Source of the DNA: Psychrobacter sp. HD31
GTDB lineage: Bacteria; Pseudomonadota; Gammaproteobacteria; Pseudomonadales; Moraxellaceae
Length of the DNA: 32,000 nucleotides
Assembly: GCF_051097895.1 (NCBI RefSeq)
Contig: NZ_CP142525.1
Coordinates: 870,001-902,000 of the forward strand
Direction: 5' to 3'
Position numbers and translations under genes: made by a program. Positions 10,192 through 20,310 of this stretch are shown here, in pieces (position 1 is the stretch's first letter; the number at the start of each line of letters is the position of its first letter). Below the pieces are notes generated by a model. The model did not search any database. It saw only the letters and a program-made list of their open reading frames with translations, and had not been told where the DNA came from.

Positions 10192-11307
10192 ATGCTCATT
10201 GCGACTGGTATTACTGATTTTTTTCAGCAAATCGCTAGTGATTTGTATACCAGTTTATATATAGCCATTGGCGGCTCTATAGAAGAAGAAAGCCGAGATT
10301 GGAGCTCACAAATTGCAGAGATTGCCAGTACCGGTATAAAAATCTTCATCTTGCTTGCTATCCTGTGGTTTTTTTACTGGCTTGCCGTTTATACTCTAAA
10401 ACATAACAAAGAACGCCTGCACATTAGTGATAAAACTCAAAAAATTATCCGCTCCGTTTTTAGCTATATTTGGATCATAGCTGGCGTTATTGCCATCATG
10501 AGCCAGATTTCTATTAAACCAGATACCATTAGTGCGACCGCAAAGGCAAGTGTTTGGGCAGCAATATATTATGTGCTTTGGGCATCATCTGGGCAAGTGA
10601 TTCACCGCATTTTACACCACTATGGGCTAAATGAGTCCATCGAGCAACTGCTTAAAAATATTATTTCCGTCTTGATTGTGATGCTTGGCGTTGCCAGTGT
10701 CATGTCACAATTTGGGTTTGATATTGTTTCACTGGTAGCTGGTCTTGGTATTGTCGGTTTGGCAGTCGGTTTTGCTGCACAATCTACCCTAGCAAACTTT
10801 ATTGCAGGTATTACTATTTTGCTTGAACAATCTTTTCAGGTAGGTGATTGGATTAATATCGGTGATAAAGAAGGGCGTGTTATTCTTATTTCACTGCGTA
10901 CCACACACATCCTTACTCGAGATAACATCACCATTATTGTGCCTAACTCCACTGTGGCGTCATCAGAAATTGTGAACCTCACCTCTAAAAACTTTATTCG
11001 TTTTGATATCCGTGCTTGTATCTCTTTTGAGTCAGATGTTGATTTGGCAAAACAATTAATTGCTAAAGTATTGGAAGAAAACTCAAGCATTTTATCTCGC
11101 CCAGAACCAAGTGTCACTGTTGATGAAGTCGGCGATTATGGTGTGTATCTTATCGTGCGTTTTTGGGTAACACCTGCACAGGTATCTCGCATGCCACGCA
11201 TTAAAGAAGGGTTAAACGAACAGATTAAAAAAGCATTAGATGCATCAGACATCAGTATCCCATATCCGCATATGCGTGTGCTTATGCCAAAACCTGAATC
11301 GCTTTAA
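10192..11307 (+). CDS. Mechanosensitive ion channel, MscS family
   Basis: N-terminal TM helices are followed by the MscS beta-domain signature (FQVGDWINIGDKEGRVILISLRTTHILTRDNITIIVPNS). Confidence 0.85.
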   Translation: MLIATGITDFFQQIASDLYTSLYIAIGGSIEEESRDWSSQIAEIASTGIKIFILLAILWFFYWLAVYTLKHNKERLHISDKTQKIIRSVFSYIWIIAGVIAIMSQISIKPDTISATAKASVWAAIYYVLWASSGQVIHRILHHYGLNESIEQLLKNIISVLIVMLGVASVMSQFGFDIVSLVAGLGIVGLAVGFAAQSTLANFIAGITILLEQSFQVGDWINIGDKEGRVILISLRTTHILTRDNITIIVPNSTVASSEIVNLTSKNFIRFDIRACISFESDVDLAKQLIAKVLEENSSILSRPEPSVTVDEVGDYGVYLIVRFWVTPAQVSRMPRIKEGLNEQIKKALDASDISIPYPHMRVLMPKPESL

Positions 11308-11514
11308 CAACGTAAATTTTTTTGCGTTAAACCTTTTATCACATTCACCAAACTAATATGATAAAAGCAGTGCCATTCATGTTTGTGACTTTTTTTATTT
11401 TTAGTGATTAATAACCCGTTTATAAAACTCAGTCATTCAAATATAACCCAATTTATAAAGCCTATTTATGCTAGAATCATTAATAATATTTTTTGATTAT
11501 TTTGGCTTTATTTT

Positions 11515-13797
11515 ATGACATCTTTTGACCTTGTTGTCACCTGTGCTGACGGTCTAGAACAACCCTTACAAACCGAGCTCAACAGCTTTAACATACCCAG
11601 TGAAATAACAGGTACAGGGCGTATTGCCGTATCCGTAACTTTGGCACAAATCTATCATATTTGCTTATGGTCAAGAGTTGCCTCTCGCCTACTTTTACCT
11701 ATTAAAAAGAAGAACCTAAATACAGATTATGACGTCCCAGACCAAATATATACCCTAACAAAGTCGATTGATTGGACAACTCAATTTGGTGTGGAGCAAA
11801 GTTTTGCTATCCGAACCTCGGTAGATAAACGAGTCGCTGTTAACCAACAGTTTTCTATGCTCCGTATTAAAGATGCCATTGCCGACACCTTTAATGAAAA
11901 ACTTGGTAGCCGTCCAGATGTCAACAGCAAAAATCCAGACATCTCAATTTTTGCTACCATTAGCGCAAAAAAAGAAAACAACCAAGCCACTGCAGAGCTG
12001 TTTATTGATTTATCTGGCATTAGCCTACACCGCCGTGGTTATCGTGTTGCTATGACAGATGCACCACTGAAAGAAAACCTTGCAGCTGCCCTACTTTACA
12101 CTGTTGGTTGGCATAAGCAAGTACCAACCCAACCCCTAAACCAACAAGCTTTTGATAGTTTAATCGACCCCATGTGTGGTTCAGGTACTTTTATTATCGA
12201 GGCATTACTGATGTATGCTGGTTATCCCGTGGGGATTGACAAGGCAGAAAATCAATTTGGATTTTATGCTTGGAAACATCATGACGCATTACTATGGCAA
12301 GAGATGGTTAGCCAAGCACAAACCGATTATCACCAAAGATTAGAAAAACTCACTACTGGCGATTATGCCCTTCCTGCCATTTTTGGCCTTGATAACAATG
12401 CCAATGCCATTAAAGCCACCCATAAAAACTTAATGGCGGCGGGCTTAACCAATTTAATTGACAAAATTACGCTTCAACAACGCCCATTAAACCAACTACA
12501 AACCGCACTTAGTAAAGATATTGCTAATGGCACGGTAAACAAACCTTTGTTTATTACTAACCCACCTTATGGCGAGCGAATTGGTGGCACAGAAAGCACA
12601 GACACAATTAAACCTTTATACCAAGGTATTGGTTTAAAGTTACAAACACTGTTTGGTAACCATGGCAACAAGGTAACATTGGGTTTACTGGCATCAGAAG
12701 TAGAGCAAGCCGACACCTTGCCAATCGAAGGCCCACAAACTTTGCGCTGCCATAATGGCTCGATTACGGTTTACTTCCGTTATGGTACTATTTTACGAAG
12801 TGATGGCTCTAGCCTTATCAGCCGTTATGAAAAATCAGACGTACAAATTGAAGAAGCACAAGAGTTTGTTAACCGCTTACAAAAAAACTTAAGTAAACTA
12901 CGCAAACAAGCCATAAAATCTGATGTTACCAACTTACGAGTGTACGATGCAGACCTGCCAAACTTTAAAGTGGCAGTAGATTTATACGGTAATTATGCGC
13001 ATGTGCAAGAATACGCACCGCCTAAAAGCATCCCAGCAGAAACAGCAAAAAAACGTTTTAACTTGGCATTACAAAGCATCAGAGAAGTACTTAATATCAA
13101 CCGTGAGCAAGTATTTATCAAAACACGTGCCAAACAATCTGGAAATGAGCAATATAGCAAACAAAGCACTAAAAAAGGTAAGTTGCATGTTGTTAAAGAA
13201 GACACCGCCTTTTTATACGTTAACTTTACCGATTATTTAGATACCGGTTTGTTTATTGACCACCGCAACATGCGTAGTTTGGTTAAACAAGCCAGCCGTG
13301 GTAAACGTGTACTTAATTTATTTGCCTATACTTGCACCGCCAGTGTGCATTCTGCTTTAGCGGGTGCAAAACAAATCACCAGTGTAGATTTATCAGCCAA
13401 TTATTTAGATTGGGGTAAACAAAATTTTGCATTAAACGGAATAGACATTACCGATACACAAAAGTATCAGTTTATCGCCCATGATGTGTTTACTTGGATT
13501 AAAGACAATACCGAACAGTACGACACGATTTTTATCGATCCACCAACATTTTCAAACTCTAAAAAGTTTAAAGGTACATTTGATGTGCAAAGAGACCACC
13601 CAGCACTCATTAACCGTGCGATGAACCGTTTGACAAATGGCGGCGTTTTGTATTTTTCAAACAACTTTACAAAGTTTGAATTAAACGATAGTTTAAAAGC
13701 GCGCTATCAAGTTAAAGAGATTACAAATCAAACCATTGGCTTTGACTTTAATCCTAAAAAACCCATACACAAAAGTTACGAGATTAGACATAAATAG
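11515..13797 (+). CDS. rlmL: Bifunctional 23S rRNA m2G2445/m7G2069 methyltransferase RlmKL
   Basis: It has a THUMP-like N-terminus, a first SAM methyltransferase domain with NPPYGERIG, and a second with IFIDPPTFSNSK. At 760 aa it fits the fused RlmL/RlmK architecture. Confidence 0.9.
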   Translation: MTSFDLVVTCADGLEQPLQTELNSFNIPSEITGTGRIAVSVTLAQIYHICLWSRVASRLLLPIKKKNLNTDYDVPDQIYTLTKSIDWTTQFGVEQSFAIRTSVDKRVAVNQQFSMLRIKDAIADTFNEKLGSRPDVNSKNPDISIFATISAKKENNQATAELFIDLSGISLHRRGYRVAMTDAPLKENLAAALLYTVGWHKQVPTQPLNQQAFDSLIDPMCGSGTFIIEALLMYAGYPVGIDKAENQFGFYAWKHHDALLWQEMVSQAQTDYHQRLEKLTTGDYALPAIFGLDNNANAIKATHKNLMAAGLTNLIDKITLQQRPLNQLQTALSKDIANGTVNKPLFITNPPYGERIGGTESTDTIKPLYQGIGLKLQTLFGNHGNKVTLGLLASEVEQADTLPIEGPQTLRCHNGSITVYFRYGTILRSDGSSLISRYEKSDVQIEEAQEFVNRLQKNLSKLRKQAIKSDVTNLRVYDADLPNFKVAVDLYGNYAHVQEYAPPKSIPAETAKKRFNLALQSIREVLNINREQVFIKTRAKQSGNEQYSKQSTKKGKLHVVKEDTAFLYVNFTDYLDTGLFIDHRNMRSLVKQASRGKRVLNLFAYTCTASVHSALAGAKQITSVDLSANYLDWGKQNFALNGIDITDTQKYQFIAHDVFTWIKDNTEQYDTIFIDPPTFSNSKKFKGTFDVQRDHPALINRAMNRLTNGGVLYFSNNFTKFELNDSLKARYQVKEITNQTIGFDFNPKKPIHKSYEIRHK

Positions 13798-13959
13798 ATT
13801 GAGGACACTCTATCGTCATACCCAAATGGAGCATATTAACAACATGTACACGGTACATAATTAACGACATAGCGTTAGTACCGTTGGCATGTATTAAAAA
13901 ATAGTTTTTTTGGGCAATTCATTAATCTACTCATTCATATATCACAAAGGAGTTCAAAT

Positions 13960-14757
13960 ATGACTGATAATACCAAAGCAACCTATGCCGTTAGCAACCA
14001 CATTGCTACGATTACCCTAAACGACCCAAAAAGCTTAAATGCTCTAGGTACTGAGCTATCAATCGACATGTTAGCCGCCATTGATCAAGCAGAAGCAGAT
14101 GACTCAGTTCGTGTCATCATTTTGCAAGGCTCTCATGGCAATTTTTCAAGTGGTGGTCATATTAAAGAAATGTTATCAGTTGGCATGGAGCCAGAAGCAT
14201 TATCAGCAAAATTAGAAGCAATGGTTGCTGGCGCAGGTGAAATTAGCCGACGTATTAGAGGGTTAGAAAAACCAATTATTGCCAAATTACAAGGCGCGGT
14301 TGCTGGCGCTGGCTTTAACCTTGCATTAAGTTGTGATTTTCGTGTTGCTAGTGAAGATGCTAAATTCATCCAGTCATTTATTCATATTGGCCTAATCCCA
14401 GATGCTGGCGGTATTTATTTATTAAGTAAACTTATTGGGTCATCTAAAGCAACCGAATTTGCCATGCTTGGCGATACCGTCACCGCGCAACAAGCAGCCG
14501 ATTTAAATCTATTGTATAAAGTAGTACCACTCGAGCAACTTGATGAAACAGCCGAGAAGTTAGCCGCGCGTTTGGTTCAAATGCCTGCTACTGCTCTAGC
14601 AACCATTAAACAAATGACCAATCAAGTTGCGATTTCTGGCTTAAGCCGTGCATTAGATATGGAAACCCAACATCAAGCCATGCTTGCCAAAACTGATGAT
14701 TTTAAAGAGGGCGTTACCGCCTTTGTTGAAAAACGTAAACCTAACTATGTAAAATAG
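13960..14757 (+). CDS. Enoyl-CoA hydratase/isomerase (crotonase) family protein
   Basis: Crotonase-fold motifs are present (VRVIILQG...FSSGGHIKEM, KPIIAKLQGAVAGAGFNLALSCDFRVA, EGVTAFVEKRKP). Its substrate cannot be assigned. Confidence 0.85.
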   Translation: MTDNTKATYAVSNHIATITLNDPKSLNALGTELSIDMLAAIDQAEADDSVRVIILQGSHGNFSSGGHIKEMLSVGMEPEALSAKLEAMVAGAGEISRRIRGLEKPIIAKLQGAVAGAGFNLALSCDFRVASEDAKFIQSFIHIGLIPDAGGIYLLSKLIGSSKATEFAMLGDTVTAQQAADLNLLYKVVPLEQLDETAEKLAARLVQMPATALATIKQMTNQVAISGLSRALDMETQHQAMLAKTDDFKEGVTAFVEKRKPNYVK

Positions 14758-14857
14758 TTGGGTAAAACAAACTTGTAACAAAGCAGTTTTAGCCATTAAA
14801 AAATGACGACAATATTTAACAGCCACAAACTTGCTAACTATCAATAGGATGACTATC

Positions 14858-16042
14858 ATGAAAAAGTTACTGTTACCCCTACTCGTTGCCAGCAGCCTTA
14901 CCACACTTACCGCTTGTGGTGACTGCCAAGCACCAACCAATGCCGATGGCAACTCATCTTGCCCATTAGACAAAAAGCATGCAAAAGATAATATGGCTGC
15001 CAACAAACCAAACTCTAATAGCGATAACCTAGATAAAGCAAAAGCAGGTGCGTTAGCAGGTGTTGGTGCTTTAGCCATGGGCGGTTTTGACTGGAACGGC
15101 ATTAACACCAGTGCTGCCAATATTGGTGACATCATGGATTTTGGCTTACCAGAAGGTATGAAAATCAAATTACCAGAAGGTGCAGACGCGGGTCAAACCG
15201 TTAGCAAAGTTTGGGAGACAACCAAACTTAACCTATTTGATGGCAAACAAATTGTTACCGAAACTGGTAAGTTAGACTATTTAGACGTTGTCATGAAACA
15301 AGATGGCACGACCTTTGATAAAGCCGCTTTTGACAAAAATGTGGGCGACTACATGAATAAAATTGGTGCGGTTGAATTGTTTAACAACGTTGTACCAACA
15401 GAAGTAAGTGAACAAGTTAATAGTCTAGATGGCATGGATATCCAAAGCTATATGGCTGGTGATTTTGCCGAGCGCACTGTACGCCAATTTGCCGTTAACC
15501 ATGCTGATGGTAAACGTATTTACCAAGTAATGAGTGATGATAGCCATGGTGAAATTGGCATTTTGTCCGTCAATAACCCAGCTAAGGCTGATGCCAACCA
15601 AGCAGATGCCACGACAGCTAAAGTAACAGATGATGTTGCACAACAAGATGCCACCAACAGCACACAACCAAGCGAGTCAGAAGCCCCTAAAGCCACGCTT
15701 GATGACACCCAAAAATTGGTATTAAACATCAACTTTGACACAGCAAAGGCAACGGTTCGTAAAGACAGTATGGATGATGTTGAGCAGTTATTTGCTCTGT
15801 TAACGGACAACCCAGAGCTAAAACTTAGTATTGAAGGGCATACCGATAACACTGGTGATAGCCAGATGAACAAAACCTTATCTCAGCAACGTGCCGAAAC
15901 CGTCATGGCAACGTTAATAGACAAAGGTATTGATGCAAATCGCTTAAAAGCCGTTGGTTTTGGTGATACCAAACCTATAGTAGCTAATGACAATGCCGAA
16001 AACAAAGCCAAAAACCGCCGTGTAGAAGCGGTACAGTTTTAA
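14858..16042 (+). CDS. OmpA-family lipoprotein (C-terminal OmpA/peptidoglycan-binding domain)
   Basis: It has a lipobox (MKKLLLPLLVASSLTTLTAC) and a C-terminal OmpA_C motif set (IEGHTDNTGDSQMNKTLSQQRAETV...NRRVE). I moved the start from the track's TTG at 14831 to the ATG at 14858. Confidence 0.8.
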   Translation: MKKLLLPLLVASSLTTLTACGDCQAPTNADGNSSCPLDKKHAKDNMAANKPNSNSDNLDKAKAGALAGVGALAMGGFDWNGINTSAANIGDIMDFGLPEGMKIKLPEGADAGQTVSKVWETTKLNLFDGKQIVTETGKLDYLDVVMKQDGTTFDKAAFDKNVGDYMNKIGAVELFNNVVPTEVSEQVNSLDGMDIQSYMAGDFAERTVRQFAVNHADGKRIYQVMSDDSHGEIGILSVNNPAKADANQADATTAKVTDDVAQQDATNSTQPSESEAPKATLDDTQKLVLNINFDTAKATVRKDSMDDVEQLFALLTDNPELKLSIEGHTDNTGDSQMNKTLSQQRAETVMATLIDKGIDANRLKAVGFGDTKPIVANDNAENKAKNRRVEAVQF

Positions 16043-16240
16043 CTACTCGCTTTAAGCTAAATTTTATTGTTGCTATACACCTAAACCCTGCTTTATAGTG
16101 GGGTTTATCTTTTAATAGATAATCAGTAAATAATAAATAATCAGTAAAACTCTACCCAAAACTTAACCATTAATCGTTATAATAATTAACCAATCTATTT
16201 TTAAAATATTTTTCAAAAGACGACTTTTCAAGACAAAATT

Positions 16241-19216
16241 ATGAGCAATCCCACTCCTACCCAAACTCATACCGCTATCGACCCAACCATCCTGCCCGAC
16301 TTTGATACCATGCCAAACGTCGCCTTGATGGATACCAACCATGTGGATAGAAATGACCCACCGTTTATCCTTGTTGATGGTTCTTACTATTTATTCCGTA
16401 CTTATCATGCCCTACCAGAGATGACCACCAGCAAGGGGTTGCACACCAATGCCATCAAGGGCACGCTCAATGCCTTACATAAGCTGATGCGTCGCTATCA
16501 CCCTACACACATGGCAGTGGCGTTTGATACAAAGTCGCCTACCTTTCGCCATGTGATATCTGAGCTATATAAAGGTGACCGCCCGCCGATGGATGAGGAG
16601 TTAGTACAACAACTGCCTTATATTCATAAGCTGGTTGAGGCATTGGGCATTCCCATGTTGCGTATCGAAGGGGCTGAAGCAGATGACATTATAGGGACGC
16701 TTGCCCACCGTGCAGTTGAGCAAGGTCATCATGTGGTTATCTCTACAGGGGACAAAGACATGGCACAGCTGGTCAATGGTGCCGTGGTGCTAGAAGACAG
16801 CTTTAAAGGCGTGGTTACTGATGTGCAAGGCGTGCATGAAAAGTTTGAGGTTGCTCCAGAGCAAATCATTGATTATCTAACCCTGATGGGCGATGCCTCA
16901 GACGGTATCAAAGGTGTGCCAAAAGTCGGTAAAAAAACAGCGGTTAAACTGCTAAAAGAATATGGCTCACTGGATAATATCCTTACCAATGCACCCAACA
17001 TAAAAGGTGTGGTGGGTAAAAACCTTGTAGAATTTGCTGATAATACCGTCACGGATAAACAGATGGCGACCATTGTCACCAATATGAACATCGGCACCAA
17101 TTGGGAAGCGTTAAGAATCAATACCGACCCAACCGCACATATTGACGAGTTGCGTGCGTTATATACCGAGCTTGAGTTTAGAAAAGACTTGGACTCGCTA
17201 AATCACCCAAACCACCCTGCTAATGCTCAAGCTAATGGATTCCCTACCTCTTCTACAGAGCAAACAGCAACGGTGACGAATGAAGATAAAGACACACCAA
17301 ACGCATGGCACACGGTTCTTGAGCGGCCTGCATTTGATACTTTGGTAGCACGTCTTGCGTCTGCCCCGTATTTTGCCTTTGATACCGAAACCACCAGCCT
17401 AAACTGGCGTGAAGCGGAAATCGTTGGCGTGTCAGTGGCACTAGAAACCAACGAAGCCTATTACATTCCACTGGCTCATGGACTTACCAAAAAAGGCGAA
17501 GAGGCAACCCTAGCACTAGAAGAACAAACAGACCCATTAATTGCCAAACAACTCGACCGTGAGGCTGTGCTTGCAAGGCTTAAACCGATTTTAGAAAATC
17601 CAAACATCGGTAAAGTAGGACAACACTTTAAATACGACTCGCACGTGTTAAGTAACTATGACATTGAGCTAAACGGCTGGCAGTCTGATACCATGCTCGC
17701 CTCCTACGTGCTCAACGCTGCTGCGACTCGCCACGGTATGGACGCACTTGCCAAACATTACCTAAACAAAGATACCATCAAATATGAAGACATAGCAGGC
17801 AAAGGCGCGAAACAAGTCACCTTTGACAAAGTGGCAATCGACATTGCCAGTGATTATGCCTGTGAAGATGCCGACATTACCTTACAGTTGCATGAGCTGT
17901 TTAGCCAACAGTTAAGACAGGATAACAATAATACCCGCCTGCTTACACAATTAGAAATCCCTACCGCTCAAATCCTAACCAAAATGGAAGCCAACGGCAT
18001 TTTAATTAATCGGGCGTTTTTGGCTGAGTTGTCTGAGCGATTTGACCACGAAATCAATGCCCTTGAACAACAGGCGTATGACATCGTTGGTGAGACATTT
18101 AACTTAAGCTCACCAAAACAACTTGGGGTGATTTTATTTGAAAAAATGGGCATTGCAGGCGGTAAAAAGACCAAATCAGGGCAATACTCTACTTCAGAGT
18201 CAGTCCTTGCTAAGATTGACCACCCACTTGTCGAAATTGTACTGGAATACCGCAGTTTATCTAAGTTAAAAAGCACCTATACCGATGCTCTTGCCAAAGT
18301 TGCCGATGGCACAACCGACCGTGTACATACCAGCTACCATCAAGCGTTGACCAGTACAGGGCGTTTGTCGTCTACTGACCCAAACTTACAAAACATCCCC
18401 ATCCGCACGGCAACAGGTCGCCTAATACGTCAAGCTTTTATCGCACCAGAGCCAAGCAAACAGCCTACACAATGCACTGCCAAACGCATCATCATGGCGG
18501 CGGACTACTCACAAATAGAACTTAGGCTGATGGCTCATTTCTCAGGTGATGAAAACTTGATTGCCGCCTTTAACCAAGGCTTGGACATTCATAAAGCCAC
18601 CGCCGCCGAAGTGTTGGGTAAGGACATCAACGAGGTGAGCAAAGAAGAACGACGCAATGCCAAGGCAATTAACTTTGGTTTGCTGTATGGCATGAGCCAG
18701 TTTGGACTTGCCAAACAGCTTGGGTTGTCTCGCACTGAGGCTCAGGACTATATTAATCTGTACTTTGCCCGTTATCCTAAGGTCAAAGACTACATGAGCA
18801 ACACCCGTGCCAGTGCCTATGATTATGGTTATGTAGAAACCATTTTAGGGCGTAAGCTGTATACGCCAGATATCCAAAGCAGTAATCGTATGGTCAAGCA
18901 AGGGGCTGAGCGTGCGGCGATTAATGCCCCACTACAAGGCAGTGCAGCAGATATTATCAAGCTGGCGATGATTGCGGTGGATAAGGCTTTAACGGATAAT
19001 GGCTTTGATGACCATGCCAAGATGCTATTACAGGTGCATGATGAGCTGGTGTTTGAGGTCGATGAAGATAAGGCTGATGAAATTGGTACACTGATTCAAA
19101 CTGCCATGCAAAATGTATTGACAAATACAGCGACAGACTTAGGCTGGCAGGTTGATTTTGCTGTGCCTTTGTTGGTGGAAGTAGATAAAGGTGAAAATTG
19201 GGATGAGGCTCATTGA
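16241..19216 (+). CDS. polA: DNA polymerase I
   Basis: It has a 5' nuclease domain, a 3'-5' exonuclease motif (FDTETTSL) and polymerase motifs (DYSQIELRLMAH, QVHDELVFE). At 991 aa it carries a low-complexity linker insertion. Confidence 0.97.
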   Translation: MSNPTPTQTHTAIDPTILPDFDTMPNVALMDTNHVDRNDPPFILVDGSYYLFRTYHALPEMTTSKGLHTNAIKGTLNALHKLMRRYHPTHMAVAFDTKSPTFRHVISELYKGDRPPMDEELVQQLPYIHKLVEALGIPMLRIEGAEADDIIGTLAHRAVEQGHHVVISTGDKDMAQLVNGAVVLEDSFKGVVTDVQGVHEKFEVAPEQIIDYLTLMGDASDGIKGVPKVGKKTAVKLLKEYGSLDNILTNAPNIKGVVGKNLVEFADNTVTDKQMATIVTNMNIGTNWEALRINTDPTAHIDELRALYTELEFRKDLDSLNHPNHPANAQANGFPTSSTEQTATVTNEDKDTPNAWHTVLERPAFDTLVARLASAPYFAFDTETTSLNWREAEIVGVSVALETNEAYYIPLAHGLTKKGEEATLALEEQTDPLIAKQLDREAVLARLKPILENPNIGKVGQHFKYDSHVLSNYDIELNGWQSDTMLASYVLNAAATRHGMDALAKHYLNKDTIKYEDIAGKGAKQVTFDKVAIDIASDYACEDADITLQLHELFSQQLRQDNNNTRLLTQLEIPTAQILTKMEANGILINRAFLAELSERFDHEINALEQQAYDIVGETFNLSSPKQLGVILFEKMGIAGGKKTKSGQYSTSESVLAKIDHPLVEIVLEYRSLSKLKSTYTDALAKVADGTTDRVHTSYHQALTSTGRLSSTDPNLQNIPIRTATGRLIRQAFIAPEPSKQPTQCTAKRIIMAADYSQIELRLMAHFSGDENLIAAFNQGLDIHKATAAEVLGKDINEVSKEERRNAKAINFGLLYGMSQFGLAKQLGLSRTEAQDYINLYFARYPKVKDYMSNTRASAYDYGYVETILGRKLYTPDIQSSNRMVKQGAERAAINAPLQGSAADIIKLAMIAVDKALTDNGFDDHAKMLLQVHDELVFEVDEDKADEIGTLIQTAMQNVLTNTATDLGWQVDFAVPLLVEVDKGENWDEAH

Positions 19217-19362
19217 TATTTACAACTAATAAGCTGAACCATTTCAAATCAAATAAATATAACACTTACGTATCTAAATAAACATTTATTTAAAATGTTA
19301 ATAGATTATAAAACAAGCAAGCGTAGGCTGGTCTTATATCATATTACGTTAGAGAGTTTACT

Positions 19363-19866
19363 ATGAAAAAAGCATTAATAACCATGCTGGCTTTAAGTTT
19401 GACAGGTTGTGGTATTACTGGTTATATGCAATTGTGGTCTGATTTAGGCTCAGATAAGACCCATGTGTCTAATCAAGATAACCGTTGTATTGAAAATATT
19501 AAGCCATTAATTTTATGGCATGGTCATAAAGTTCATATATACCAAAAATATTTTATTACTCCTACGTCAGTTGCTGATGAACGAATACGAACCCATAAAA
19601 AAACAGATACAATTGATGTGGGCACTAAGTTTAGAGTTAACAGGGTCTATGAAGGTTATAAAGACTATTGGAGGTTACGAGTAAATGTGGAGTTTTTACA
19701 AGGCAAAAATACAGGAATTATTTCTGAATTATCAGGTTTCATTTATCCTCCAAATACACCTTTATTTACTTATTATAATCAGGGAGAAAGAATTACTAAA
19801 AGTGAAGATTTAGCAGCAAATACGGTAACTTTTAATCCTGAGTTTTTTAAATATTGTGATGAGTAA
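19363..19866 (+). CDS. Hypothetical lipoprotein
   Basis: It has a lipobox (MKKALITMLALSLTGC) and an upstream purine-rich RBS. I recognise no family. It lies at the edge of the AT-rich islet. Confidence 0.6.
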   Translation: MKKALITMLALSLTGCGITGYMQLWSDLGSDKTHVSNQDNRCIENIKPLILWHGHKVHIYQKYFITPTSVADERIRTHKKTDTIDVGTKFRVNRVYEGYKDYWRLRVNVEFLQGKNTGIISELSGFIYPPNTPLFTYYNQGERITKSEDLAANTVTFNPEFFKYCDE

Positions 19867-19896
19867 TTGAAGGTAATGTTATCTACGTAGCAAGTA

Positions 19897-20030
19897 GTAG
19901 GGTGCGTTCCACGCACCATTTTATACAACCAAACCAAATTAAATAAAGATTTTTATGATTAATATCATGTATCTATAAACATAATAAAATCAATATCGTG
20001 TCATCTTTCAGTGCGTGGAACGCACCCTAC
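19897..20030. repeat. REPIN/MITE-like element, family A, copy 1 (inverted REP doublet)
   Basis: Its ends are GTAGGGTGCGTTCCACGCAC ... GTGCGTGGAACGCACCCTAC, perfect 20-nt terminal inverted repeats. Each contains a GGTGCGT/ACGCACC hairpin preceded by GTAG. A second copy with about 10 mismatches lies at 21672-21805. Confidence 0.8.
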
Positions 20031-20038
20031 GCACTGTG

Positions 20039-20153
20039 TTAATTTTTTTTATAAGCTTTGCGAAATTGTTCTATATGTTTGGTAAGTAGTTGTGATTTTC
20101 TATCATACAGGTTTATGGTAATAAAGTAACATCCACCTTTGGTTTTGTCTCAT
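20039..20153 (-). pseudogene. Remnant of a REP-associated tyrosine transposase (RAYT, IS200/Y1 family) N-terminus
   Basis: My minus-strand translation is KTKGGCYFITINLYDRKSQLLTKHIEQFRKAYKKN*. This matches the RAYT N-terminal block as I recall it from E. coli YafM (KGGTWFFTVNLRNRRSQLLTTQYQMLRHAI). The ATG (20153-20151) is in a different frame, implying a frameshift, and the ORF stops after about 35 codons next to an A8 run and a REP. Confidence 0.55.
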
Positions 20154-20241
20154 ATTTAGGTTCGCATGCGCTGATTTATCGTTTGATTTTATGTTTATAG
20201 GCTTTGTTCATAATATCGTTTTTATTTGAACATAACAATTT

Positions 20242-20265
20242 GCTGGGCAAGATGCCCAGCCTACG
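20242..20265. repeat. Solo REP, family B
   Basis: The sequence is GCTGGGCAAGATGCCCAGCCTACG, a GCTGGGCA/TGCCCAGC hairpin followed by CTAC (GTAG on the other strand). Confidence 0.7.
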
Positions 20266-20310
20266 TTCTCTGGCTTGATTTTGATAATGGTATCTACGCT
20301 CGCTTAGACA

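Noticed and set aside
13843-13891. Imperfect inverted repeat CATGTACACGGTAC ... GTACCGTTGGCATG between rlmL and the crotonase gene
   Set aside because: It can form 4+7 bp with an internal loop, but the T-run is about 13 nt away. It may be a weak terminator or an operator, and the evidence is too thin to call either.
14653-15168. 171-aa minus-strand ORF spanning the end of the crotonase gene and the start of the OmpA-family gene
   Set aside because: It overlaps two well-supported plus-strand genes and an intergenic region. Its composition is typical of an antisense frame.
16120-16160. Short direct repeat ATAATCAGTAAA x2 upstream of polA
   Set aside because: It has only two AT-rich copies of 12 nt, which is within chance expectation for this composition, and no associated structure.
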